Source of the DNA: Vicugna vicugna
Taxonomy: Eukaryota
NCBI GenBank assembly: GCA_013265495.1
Contig: MU057711.1
Span: 124,001-188,000, forward strand
Length of the DNA stretch: 64,000 nucleotides
Reading direction: 5' to 3'
This document shows positions 12,401 through 24,140 of the stretch, one piece after another. The position numbers and the translations under genes are program-made. Positions within the stretch are counted from its first letter, which is position 1; each line of letters opens with the position of its first letter. The notes below the pieces were generated by a model, which saw nothing but the letters and a program-made list of their open reading frames with translations, was not told the DNA's origin and ran no database searches.

Positions 12401-15400
12401 TATTTTCTTATGTTTTTGTATTTCTGTGGCATCAGTTGTAATTTCTCCTCTTTTATTACTTATTTTGTTTACTTGAGTTCTTTCTCTCTTCTTCTTGGTG
12501 AGTCTGGCCAGAGATTTGTCGATTTTGTTTATGCATTCAAGAAACCAGGTCTTTGTTTTATGAATTTTTTTCTATTTTTTAAATCTCTATTTTATTTATT
12601 TCCTGTCTAATCTTTATCATTTCCTTCCTTCAGGTGAGCTTAGGTTTTGTTTGTCCTTTTTTTTTTTTAAGGTGGTAGGTTAGGTTATTTGAGATTTTTC
12701 TAGTCTTTTGAGGAAGGCCTATGAACTTCCCTCTAAGAACTATTTTTTCAGTAGCATGTTGTATAGTCTCCATGTAGTCATTTTTTTTCTTATTTGTTTC
12801 TGTGGTTTATTTGTAGTTACATGCTGTTGTGATATGAAAAGATGCTTAAAATAATTTCTAACCTCTTAAATTTGTTGAGGCTCATATTGTGTCCTAGTAC
12901 GTGGCCTAATCTTGAGAATGTTCCATGTGATCTTGAAAGGAATGTATATTCTCTTTTTGGATGTAGTGCCTTGTAGGTATCAATTAAGTCTAAATGTTTT
13001 ATTGTGTCATTCATGATTTCTCTTACTTTATTGATTTTTTGTATGAGGATCTGTCCATTGATGTCAGTCAGGTGTTAAAGTCTCCTACTATGATGTATTC
13101 CCATCAATTTCTCCCTTTATATCTGTTAGTATTTTATGTAATTAGGTGCTCCTATTTTGGGTACACATAAGTTAACAAGTGTGATATGCTTTTCTTGTGT
13201 TTACATTTTTATCATTATTTACGTCTCCTTCTTTGCATTTCCTTAAGGACTTGTTTTAAAGTCTGTTTTGTCTGATATGAGTAATGCTACCCGTGCTTTC
13301 TTGCATTTGGATGAAATATTTTTTTCCATCCCCTCACTTTCAGTCTGAGTGTTTTACCCTAAAGTGGGTCTCCTATAGGCAGCATTTGGTAGGTTCTTGT
13401 TTATTATCAATCTGCTACTCTATGTCTTTTGATTGGAGCATATAATCCATTGAAGTTTAAAGTAATTATTGATAAATATGCATTCATTGCCATTTAAAAC
13501 TCCGTTTTCCAGTTGATTTTATACTTTTTACCCCTGTTTCTCCTATTGTGGTTTGATGATTTTCTCTTATACTATGTTTGAATTTCTTTCTTTTTGGTTT
13601 TTGTTAATCTACTACGTGTTTCTGATTTGTGGTTACCCTCATTTTCAAGTATGTTAACCTAATTGCTTTAAACTGATAGTCATATGAACTCAAACACATT
13701 CTGAAAGATCTACATTTTCTTACTCCCTTCCTGTGATTTTGATGTCCTACCTTACATGTTCATGTTTATCCTTTTGCTATTCTTTGTAGTAATTACTATC
13801 ACATAATTTTTTGATTATTTTAAAATCTATCTACTGGCTTATTTAAGTGATCTTCAATCATTTTATATATTTACATTTCCTATTGTGATCTCCCCTTTCC
13901 TATAGATTCTTGCTTGTTTACTATTCAGAGAAGATCTTTCAATATCTCCTTTAGGATAGGTTTAGTACTGTTGAATTCTTTTATTTTTTGCTTATCTGAG
14001 AGATTTCTTATCTCTCTTCCTATTCTAAAGGATATTCTTGGTTAGTAGAGTATCCTAGGTTGCAGACTTTTCTTCTTCAGGACTGAACATCTTGCCCTTC
14101 TAGCCAGCAGTGTTTCTGTAGAGAAGTCAGTTGATAGCTTTATGGTGGTTCCCTTGTAGCTAACTCTTCGTTTTTTTCTTGCTGCCTTTAGAATCCCTTC
14201 TTTATCTTTAATTTTGGCCATTTTAATCATAATATGTCTTAGTGTAGGTCTATTTGGGTTCATTTTGTTTGGGACTCTCTGTGCTTCCTGTACCTGGATA
14301 TGTTTCCTTCTTTTGGTTTTGGAAGTTTTCAGAAATAATTTCTTCAAATACATTTTGATCCCCTTTACTCTTCTTCTTCTGGGATTACTATTATTTGTAG
14401 ATTGGGGTGCTTTATCTTATACCAGACATCTCGTATGTTGCTTTCATTTTTGTTTTCCCATTTGTCCATCTGTTTGCTGTTCTGACTGGGTGATTTCTGT
14501 CATTCTGTCCTCCAGATCACTTACTCATTCTTCTGCATTATTTAGTTTGGTATTTATTGCCTTTAGCTCAGTTTTCATCTTGACAATTAAGTTGTCTAAT
14601 TTTGATTGGTTCCTCTTTATAGCTTCTAGTTCTTTGTTACAGTGATCTGCATTTCTGTCAATATTCTTTCCTAATTCCTTTAGCATTTTATTTCCTCCTT
14701 TTTGAACTTGGGGTCTGGTGGACTGAAGAAGTCTGTTTCATTGTTTTTCTTTCAGGGGATTTCTCCTGTTCTTTTAATTGAGGGTAGTTACCCTGGCTTT
14801 TCATTTTTCTTTTATTTCTCTGACTAATAAATTTAGGAGAAACAATTATCTACTGTGGTGTTGAAGGGCTGTTTTCATGTGGGAGTATCCCTGTCTAGCT
14901 TGGTTGAGTCCAGTATTTTTGGTGGGAGGGCTGTTTTTGGCATGGATGCTATTATGTTTTTCCTCAAGGTGTGCTGGCCCTTGTTCCTTTGACAGGGGGT
15001 GTGTTTTGTGTTGTGGTGACTAGAGACTACACTGGATGTTCATGGGGCCTACTCTTTGCTTGTGGTTATCACAGACTGGTCGGGAGCAGGGTCTGCTCTC
15101 CAGTTGTTGCAGCAGAAGGCCTCAGATACAGTTCTAAGTTGTGTGACTGAGGCAGGACTGGAGTGCTCCTGCTGGTAAAGGAGCCACTGCATGTTCTTTC
15201 CCTCGAGCTTTTCACTGGGTCATGAAATTCTGTGATGCCACCTGCCATCTGGTATGTGTGCCCATGAAGATCACTGTTGCTGGCACTGCCCGCAGGAGCC
15301 CCCTCGACTTAGGAACCCTGGTAATTGGCTCTGAGGTCCCTTAGGCATGCATGTGCACTCACAAAGCCACCGGCATCAGTGCTGCATCCGCTGAGCCCGC

Positions 15401-15422
15401 ATATAATTGGCTCAGAGTTCCC
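9386..15422 (-). mobile_element. Near-full-length decayed LINE-1 (~6 kb: 5'UTR, ORF1, ORF2, 3'UTR)
   Basis: ORF1-like peptide (QEAQRVPNKMNPNRPTLRHIMIKMAK, 14042-14353); endonuclease-like (12817-13014) and RT-like (DAEKAFD...[13 protein letters not shown], 11583-11906) fragments; tail decayed to microsatellite; near-TSD TAGGAGGG(G)CTT at 9374-9385 and 15423-15433; many stops and frameshifts. Confidence 0.93.
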
Positions 15423-17014
15423 TAGGAGGGCTTTTAGTTGGGTCTTTCCTGTCTTAGTTCTGGGTGGAAACCATGTAGCAGTGTAGTCATTCAGGAGGTA
15501 TGATTTAAGGGGCAGTGAAGTTAACTGCCCTTCACAAAATATCTTCCCATTGACTATGATAAAGTGCTGACAATTATTATATTACTCAGTTCTTATGGGA
15601 CTCAAGGTCTCTTTTGAAATATATGTGCTGTTTGGTTGGGGAAAATCTGCAGCAGCAAATCTCTACCTTGTTTTCAATGGTTTATCACTTTGGCTAGGCA
15701 GATACCCTGGGAAAGTTTTGTTGGGATAAAAGGTAAGGGGAAGGTTTACTCAAGGGATGAAAGCAAGTTGTGGAAAATTCAGGACAATTGAGGGTCAGTT
15801 TGAGAGCATCTGATGGCTGAAGGAAAGTGAGTAATGTTGCCAGAGTCCCAGAAGGGTGAGAGACCAAGAACAGTACAGATGAAGGGACTGCAAGAAAGTT
15901 TTCACCTATTTCACAGCTGTCCTTAAAGCCAGCATCTCCACCTGTATTCCTTTTCATTCCTCACTCTTGAATATTGACTTTAGGAGAGTAAGCAGGACTA
16001 AAATGTTTTGTTACTCTTTGAAGAATATATCCTGAAGTGAATATATGTGTGTTCACATCCCCAGTCCAGCCACACATTTTTGAATAAATTAGTGAAGTTA
16101 AACAGTACTTCAATAATAAAAACAATGCTTTAAAGATTTGATATGTATTTACTTTTGGATTTTCCAGCTTTTGTAACAGAATGAGTTGCATTCATATCAT
16201 TTATAAATAAAACATAAAATCTACTGAGAAATTTCTTTGAATATATATTCCAACATCTGACAATAATGATTGTTACATTTTCATTAAAAATTTTACTTAA
16301 ATACAGTGAGTGTTGTTTGAGGAAGTCATATTAATGAACTAAAAAGAAATTAAGTTTCTAAAAACTCATATTTAAGATCGTTCTTTAAAAAAGAATTGTG
16401 AAAAAAAAGTCTGTGTGTGTGCCAATAAAAATGGAATGAGATAACAGAAAATGAGCATATAACTATAGGATTTCCTTATCTTGAAAAAGAAGCTTTTAAG
16501 ACAACTTCCAGGACAACATACTGAAAACCTTATTATTGTGTTTTTACATGATTTAGCATATCAGGTATGCAATACTAAAAGTCACCTCTCTTTCCTCTTC
16601 CTTAAACTCTCCTCTTTCCTATCTGAACACATACTCGAGAACCTAAGCTCTTAGAACCATAAAAAACTTACTGGGCAAAAGGCTCAATTTGTGGCCTAGT
16701 TTGTTTCAAATCAGTAAAATCCAAAGTAATTTGAGCAGTAAAATTTTCTTAACTTTGCAAATTGTATCTTGATAGTGAAAATACTGTAGTAAAATTCATA
16801 ATCATTCAGAATTAATAAAAAGTTTAAATTATACAATATTATTTGCTACCTGTTTTTCAAGTAAAGTTCAGAAGTTTAACATGAAATAGTTTAATAGGAA
16901 GGAAGTTTTATTATTTTAACATCAGGCATGCTTTACTCATTTGCAATTAGTACACTATATAAAAATGTAATTGCAAAAATAGATCAGAAATATTTGAAAA
17001 GTGGTAAAAAGAAT

Positions 17015-18955
17015 GGGAATAAGAAAAAGAAATAAAAGACATCCAAATTTGAAAGAAAAAAGTAAAATTAACTGTGTTCACAGATCTTATGTATAGAAAA
17101 CCCTAAAGATTCCACAAAAATTAGGACTAATAAATGAATTCAGTAAAGCAGCAGTATAAAAAATTAATATGCAAAAATCAGTTGCATTTCTATACACAAA
17201 CAATGAATAATCCACAAATAAAATTAAGAAACCACTTCATTCACTAAAGAATAAAAAAGAATAAAATACTTAGGAATTAATCAAGAAGGTGAAAGACTTC
17301 TACAATAAAAATTATAAAACACTACAATAAGTAAATGAAAACACAGTGCATGTTCATGACTGGAAGACAATATTATTATGCCAATAGTATCCAAAGTGAT
17401 CTACAGATTCAGAACAATCCTTATCAAAATCCCAATGGCATTTTTAGAGACACAGAACCTAAAATTCATGTGGAATCTCAAGGGACCTCAAAAAGTCAAA
17501 CAATCTTGAAAAAGAGCAAAGTTGGAGGGCTTATACTTCCTGATTTCTAAACATATTACAAAACTACAGTAATCAAAACATAGCAGCATCAGTGAAATTA
17601 GATCAGTGAAACAGAACAGAGAAATGGATCAGTGAAATAGAACAGTGAAATTAGACCAGTGAAACAGAACTGAGAATCCAAAAATAAATTCTTGAATATA
17701 CGGTCAAATGAATTTTGACAAGGGTGGCAAGATCACTCAACAGGGAAATAACACATCTTTTTAACAAATGGTGCTGGGAAAACTAGACATCAATGGAAAA
17801 GAATGAAGCTGGGCCCTTATCTAATACCATATACATAATTTAACTCAAAATGAATCAAAGCTCTAAATGTAAGAGATAAAAGTAGAAGACTCTTAAGAGA
17901 AGATAAAGGGCAAGAGCTTCATGACAATGGATCTGGCAATGATTTCTCAGATAGGACACCAAAGGCACAGGGAGCCAGAAACAGAAAAATTGGACATCAT
18001 GGAATTAAAGTATTTTCTGCATCCAAAGACAGTACTAACAAAATAAAAAGGTTATCCCACAGAATGAGAGAAAATATTTGAATATCATGTATCTGATGAG
18101 GGAAAAATATTCTCAATAGTGAGTAACTAAAAACAATACCAAAGAAACAATGAAATTAAGTAATAGGCAAAGGACATGAAAAGTCATTTCTCCAAAAAAG
18201 ATATGCTAATGGACAATAATGACATGAAAAACTGCTCAACATCAGTAAGCACTAGGAAGAATGCAAATTGAAACGTCAATGAGACACCACACTATATCTA
18301 TTAGAATGGCTATTATAAAAAAAAAAACAAACACCAGAAAGTAACAAATGTTGGCAAGTATGTGGAGTAATTGGAACCCTTGTACACTGCTGGTGGGAAT
18401 GCAAAATAAAAAATTAAAAACCGAATTACTATATGATCCGGTAATTCCACTTCTGGGCATATACTCAAAATAACTGAAAGGAGGATCTCTAAGAGATCGT
18501 TGTAAACCCATGTTCATAGCAGCATTATTCACAATAGCTAAAATGGGGAAGCTAAGCAAAATGTGGTTTATATATAATGGAATATTCAGCTTTAAAAAGG
18601 AAGAAAATTCTGACATATGCTTTAACATGGATGAACCTCAAGGACATTATGCTAAGTGAAATAAGCCAGTCACATAATAACAAATACAGTATCACTTATT
18701 GGAAGCATTTAGAGCAGTCAAAAACAGAGAAAGAAAGCAAAATAGTGGTTGCCAGAAGCTGGGGGAAAAGGCTGAATAAGGAGTTAGTATTTAATGGGTA
18801 TAGAGTTTCAGTTTTACAAGATGAAAAGAGTTGGATGGTAGGTCAATATTTTGAATGTATTTGATATTACTGTACTGTACTGAACTGTACACTTAAAAAT
18901 GGTTAAGATGGTCCATTTTATGTTATGTGTATTTTATCAAATTAAAAAAAAAAAG
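17015..18955 (+). mobile_element. Old 5'-truncated L1 (L1MA/MB-like), ORF2 3' part and 3'UTR
   Basis: Degenerate ORF2 (KSKVGGLILPDF; TWMNLKDIMLSEISQS) and 3' end cacttaaaaatggttaagatgg...polyA. Confidence 0.88.
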
Positions 18956-20182
18956 GAAAACATAGGAAGGAAGAAAACTTAAGCATTTAACCTATCTCAA
19001 CTGTACTTCAGGTGACTGAAGAGATAACAGAAGTTTCTTTTTTTTTAATTTATTAATAGAAAACCCAAATAATAGTGCATGCTGAGGAGTGGCAGATATA
19101 GGGTACCATGATTTTGTAACTCCTATTGAAATAACAGACCTGACATGGATCATCAATAGCTGTTAAAACCATTAGGAGAGCATTATAATGAACGGTTCAT
19201 GCTGAAGAAAACTGACGCTACTGATCAATCTTAACATCACAAAATAAAGAACCTAATTATGTGCCTTCTAATGAGCTGGAAGAAAACAACACCTGGTAAG
19301 TATTCCTGATCAAAAAAAAAAAAAAAAAAAAAAAAGAAAAGAGTGTGATTCTGATCAAGGCCCCAACTCTAATCACTGGTTTAGAGGAAATACAGGGGAC
19401 ACAGTCACATGTTCACACCATGGGGATAGAATCAGCAAAATCCAAGACTCTGAGAAGTTGTACAACAGAGACGTTTTTTCTATGTAAGTACTTACCTTGT
19501 TTAGCTCCTGATTTGATAAAATGATAAAAACATTTAGGAGAGAACTGGGGCATTCTGAATAGTGAGTGAGTTTTTTATGTTTGAAAATGACCTTGTGGTT
19601 GTTAAAAAAAAAAAGTCTGTATCATTTAGAGATACAGATTGAAATATTTATAAATGATAATTTCCTTTGGAGGGGCTCCTGGGTAGTTAAAGAGATGAAA
19701 GAAGATTGGCCATATGTTGATTATCACTGAAGCTAGGAGATGACTAAAAGTTTGTACATCACATTCTATTCTTCTGTGTTTAAACTTTTTCATGACAAAA
19801 ATTGTTTAAAGTCTGAAGGTGTTTAACACATGAGCTAAGTATTTTTCTTTTAATTAAATTTACAGCATTTATTACATAATAATTTTTAAATGGAAAGAGA
19901 AAGAAACATCAGGCAACATGTGTCTAAATTATCATGAATTCCTGGTAAGTGGAGAATCCAAATTTTGATGTAATTAACAAACCGCAAATACAACAACTAA
20001 AGACATACTTATTATATCCAGTATTTTTTACGTGTATCTGATATCACTGATTCTTATAGCCTTCTAACCTTTTGGTTTTAACCTTCAAGTCAATAGCAAA
20101 TGATTACCAAGAGAAAAGTAAATAAAATCTTATCATTCTTTAGCAGTGCAAAAGAAATACTTTACATTTATGTGCAACTCAC

Positions 20183-20277
20183 CTGCTGTAAAATCTTCAG
20201 TCAGATCAATGAATGCATGAGAATGTGGAATTCGCATTTTACTCTTAGTGGTCAAGGCAGGATGCCATGTTAAATTC
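20183..20277 (-). CDS. ITFG1: ITFG1 coding exon 6 (95 nt)
   Basis: tttttag|GAATTTAACA...GCAG|gtgagt; NLTWHPALTTKSKMRIPHSHAFIDLTEDFTA; no further ITFG1 exon recognised in 1-20182. Confidence 0.96.
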
Positions 20278-20364
20278 CTAAAAAAAAAGAAAAATAATTT
20301 TTTTTCTTAAGGTAAACATCAAATGAGCACTATTTTAAATAAAAATCTCTGCATGCAAGATATT

Positions 20365-21520
20365 TTAAAAATTTATTTATTCTTGAAATATTTCACATTA
20401 AGAGTATACAATTTAGTGGTTTTTAGTATCTTCACAGTGAGCAACCATCACCACTATCTAATTTCACAACATTTTCATCACCTCAAAAAAAAAAAAACAA
20501 ACCTCTGTATTCATTAGTAACTTCTCATTCTTCCCCCCCTCAAGCCTCTAGCAAACACTAATTTGCTTTGTGTCTCTATGGATTTCCCTATTCTGGACAG
20601 TTCATATAAATGGAATCATATAATATGTGGTCTTTTTTGTACCTGATTTCTTTCACTTGGAATACTACTTCCAGGTTCATCCATGTTATACCATGTGTCA
20701 GTACTTCAGTCTTTTTAATGCCTGAATAATATTTAATTGTATGGCTATACTTTTTGTTTATCTGTTCATCTGTTGATGGACATTTGGCTCTTTCCACTCT
20801 TGGCTATTATAAATAATACTCCTACGAATTTTCATGTACAAGTTTTTTATGCAGACATATACATATGTTCTCAATTCTTTTGGGTATATACCTAGGAGTA
20901 TAATTGCTGGGTCACATGGTAACTCTGTATTTAAAGTTCTGAGGAACTGTTAAACTGTTTTCCCAAGTGGCTTTATCATCCTACATTCTCACTAGCAATG
21001 CATGAGGGTTCCAATATCTCCATTTCTTTGTGAACACTTACTACTATCCCTTTGTTTTATTATAGCTGTCATGGAGGGTGTGATATAGTATATTGTGGTT
21101 TTGATTTGCATTTTCCTGATGTCTGATGAGGTTGAGCATGTCTTCATATATTTATTGGCCATTTGTGTATCTTGAGAAAAATGAAAATTCAAATTGTTTG
21201 CCTGTTTTTAAATTGGGTTACTTATTGCTTGGAGATGTAAGAGTTCTTTATCTAGACTGGATCCTAGTTCTTTATCGGATGTATGATTTGCCAGTATTTT
21301 CTCCTATTCTGTACATTGTCTTGTCAGTTTCTTGACAGTTTCCTGTGCTGTATAAAAGTTTTTAATTTGATGAATCCACTTCATCTAATTTTTCTTGTAT
21401 TGCTTGGTCTTTTTGGTATCAGGTCTAAGAATCCATTTCCAAATTCAAAGTCATAAAAATTTACCCTTATGCTTTCTTCTAAGAGTTTATAGTTTTAGCT
21501 CTTATATTTACGTATTCAAT
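20365..21520 (-). mobile_element. Old L1 3' portion (L1MB-like)
   Basis: L1 3'UTR/ORF2-end sequence on minus (KCPSTDEQINK; MQIKTT); starts ~90 bp from the ITFG1 exon 6 acceptor. Confidence 0.85.
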
Positions 21521-21629
21521 TTTTTTTATTTAAGTTAAAAGTTTAATATTATCATGGGTATTATTCCCCAGATTGTGGAGAATAATGATTACCTTTTATA
21601 AATATTAATTTCAACGTTCTGAGCCACTC

Positions 21630-22375
21630 AGAAGAATGAATTTAGACCACTACCTCATACCATATACCAAAAATTAACTCAGATGGATCAAAGAGCTAAA
21701 AGAAACAGGAACTCTCATATATTGCTGGTGGGAATATAAAACATGCAACAGCTGTGGAAAACAGTTTGGCAGTTCTTCCAAAAGTTAAACACTGAATTAC
21801 ATACGACCCTGCATTTCTATAGCTAGATATATACACGAATAAGAACTGAAAAACAAGTCATCCATAAGAATTGAAAAACAGGTATCCGAACAAATACTGA
21901 TATATGAACGCTCTTAGCGGCACTATTTATGATAGTCCAAAAGTGGAAATAACTCAAATATCCACCAATGGATGAATGGATAAACAAAATGTCATACATT
22001 CATACAATGGAAATATTATTCAGACATAAAAAGAAATGGAGTACTGATACATGGTACAATATGGATGAAACTTCAAAACATGTTATATGAAAGAAGCCAG
22101 ACTCAAATGGCCGCATCCTATATGATTTCATTTATATGAAATACCCATAATAGGAAAATCTCAGAGACCGAAAGCAGATTAGTGGTAACCATGTGCTGGG
22201 AGGAGCAGGGCAAGGAAGAGAAACTGCCTAATGGGGACAGGGTTTCCTTTTGGAGAAATGAAAAGCTACTGGAAGCAGGTGATCGTTGCATAATATTGTA
22301 AATGTTCTAAATGTCACTAAATTGTACATATAATATGGTTAATTTTAATAGTGTTAATTTTATCTCATAAAAAAC
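21630..22375 (+). mobile_element. Old L1 3' portion (L1MB/MC-like)
   Basis: aaaattaactcagatggatcaaaga...ggatgaatggataaacaaaatg...ctaaattgtacatataatatggttaatttt. Confidence 0.8.
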
Positions 22376-22519
22376 CCCAACAGTACAAAGTTTTCATATA
22401 CCCTTCATTTACTTTGTTACTGTTAACATCTAATATAACGATAGGACATTTGTCAAAATCAGAAAGGTCACACTGGTAGACTACTAAGAACTATAGAAAG
22501 AAGAGCAAGTTTAAATAAA

Positions 22520-23240
22520 GTCATTTGCCCACAATTCTTCGTAAGTGAAGAACACTCCAGTGTCAAAGGCATTCCCATTTATTAAGGTCCTACTCTAATT
22601 AGCTTCCTCGAAAAGGCCTATTCTCTTACTATTTTCCTATTACACTTTGCTATTAATAGCACTTTGGTTTGCTAAAGTTCCATGAGGAAGCATCTCTGAG
22701 AGTGTAAGCTCCTCTAGATACCCTGACTCATAGATATTTGATTCTACTACACACAACCAGGACCTGACTCCCAAATACTGGCTGAATGGAATTTCAGTCC
22801 GGTCAGCACATACTGATTGGACTGCATGACTGGACTGAATCATAGTCTCAAGCAGCATCTCCCATTCTTCTCTACTTCTAATTAGATTTTGCTATTCTTT
22901 TTTTCTACAGTACTGTTGTAGCCCAACATGGAAGCATAGATATGTCATCTCCAAAGAGCAATTAAAGGCTGATTAAGTCCAACTTAATTGTCAACACAGC
23001 ATCCAGTTGACTAGCTAGCACACAAGGTTCATCTGTAAATTTGGTTTTGAAGTGTTTGGACAGCAGAGAGAAGCAATTGACTAATCTGTTCTTAGCAGGA
23101 GGAATCTGGGAAAAAGCATAAGCATCCAACAGGAGAAAATTTTCTCTACACAAAGGGTCCATGTTCGACAAACAGTGACTTCTTCCCAGTAACCATCTTC
23201 CACACTCTGGGCCTCATTTATAAAACAAGACAGTGAAAAC
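22520..23240 (-). mobile_element. Probable ancient CR1/L3-clade LINE relic (RT C-terminal part and 3' region)
   Basis: Collinear degenerate CR1 motifs across frames: INEAQS..WEEVT, KFTDE (for KFADD; 23028-23042) ..IKLDLISL, QQYC, RSREE, IKYL, then aatgggaatgcctt..cactggagtgttc. Confidence 0.55.
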
Positions 23241-23839
23241 AAAACCAAGCAGTATTTATACAACATGATTTTATTATTTTATCCAAAACCCCATAACATA
23301 AAGTTATGAGAATAAGAAAATATTAACATACATTATAATTATATTTAGCATTTGTTGTTCAGATAATTCAATGCCAAGCATTCAAGTCATGTTTTTGTTT
23401 CATAGCACACAAGGTTAGAAATGCTTAAAATAATTCCAATTAAATACAATTTAATAATGGCTGATTCACTTCTTTTTAAGATATGCCATTTATTCATCAG
23501 TTCTTTAAATTCTAAGCATTAAAGTATTTTTAACTGCTTACTAAATAGTCAGACTTGGGATAGAGATTCTAAGACAAGTTTCACAGTCATTTCAGAATAG
23601 TTTTCTAATGTTCTCTTATAGGCCAAAAGCGAATTAAAGAACACAAGCTTTTACACAGCTGATCTCTTTTTAAATACTACCTGAGCAGTGACTGATCTCA
23701 TTCCCCATAGAATTTTTTATAGTTTGTTTTGAAATAAGCTATAGCTAGAATTTTAGAAAACCTCAATTAATGGGTGACATTTTGTCCTAGGAACTATTTA
23801 ATAGAATGTACATTTCATATGATGAATCTAGAAAGGTTA

Positions 23840-24140
23840 TAAAGCAAAAGTCATAAAGTGGCAGGCTATGGGCCAAATTCAGCATAAAGATATGTTTTAT
23901 TTGACCCATATATTGTTTAAAAAAATTTCAATTCACAAGTAAAACAAATTAAAAATCAGATCTCACATAAAAATCTGTTATTTCCAGCTTCTCTTGAAAT
24001 ATAAGAAGGTCTGGCAACCAACTAGCCCTTTTCAGACAGAACTAGTGTCTGCAGGCAGCTGAAGTGCCAGGCTTCCCAAAGTGCTCAGTAACTTTGCTTT
24101 CCTTCTGGGCCCCATCAGACATTTGAGTTTCCAACTCTTA
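23840..24140. mobile_element. hAT MER-type relic (MER58/MER102-like)
   Basis: tggcaggctatgggccaaattcagc...tttccagcttctcttgaaa...catttgagtttcc. Confidence 0.5.

Noticed and set aside
20365..22375. Opposite-strand L1 pieces as a second twin-priming event
   Set aside because: Each piece has its own 3' end and no shared TSD was found, so two independent old insertions are more likely.
22640..23266. Cluster of minus-strand ORFs as an endogenous viral element or hidden gene
   Set aside because: No viral protein was recognised and there is no splice structure; motif order fits a CR1 LINE better, pending an HMM search.
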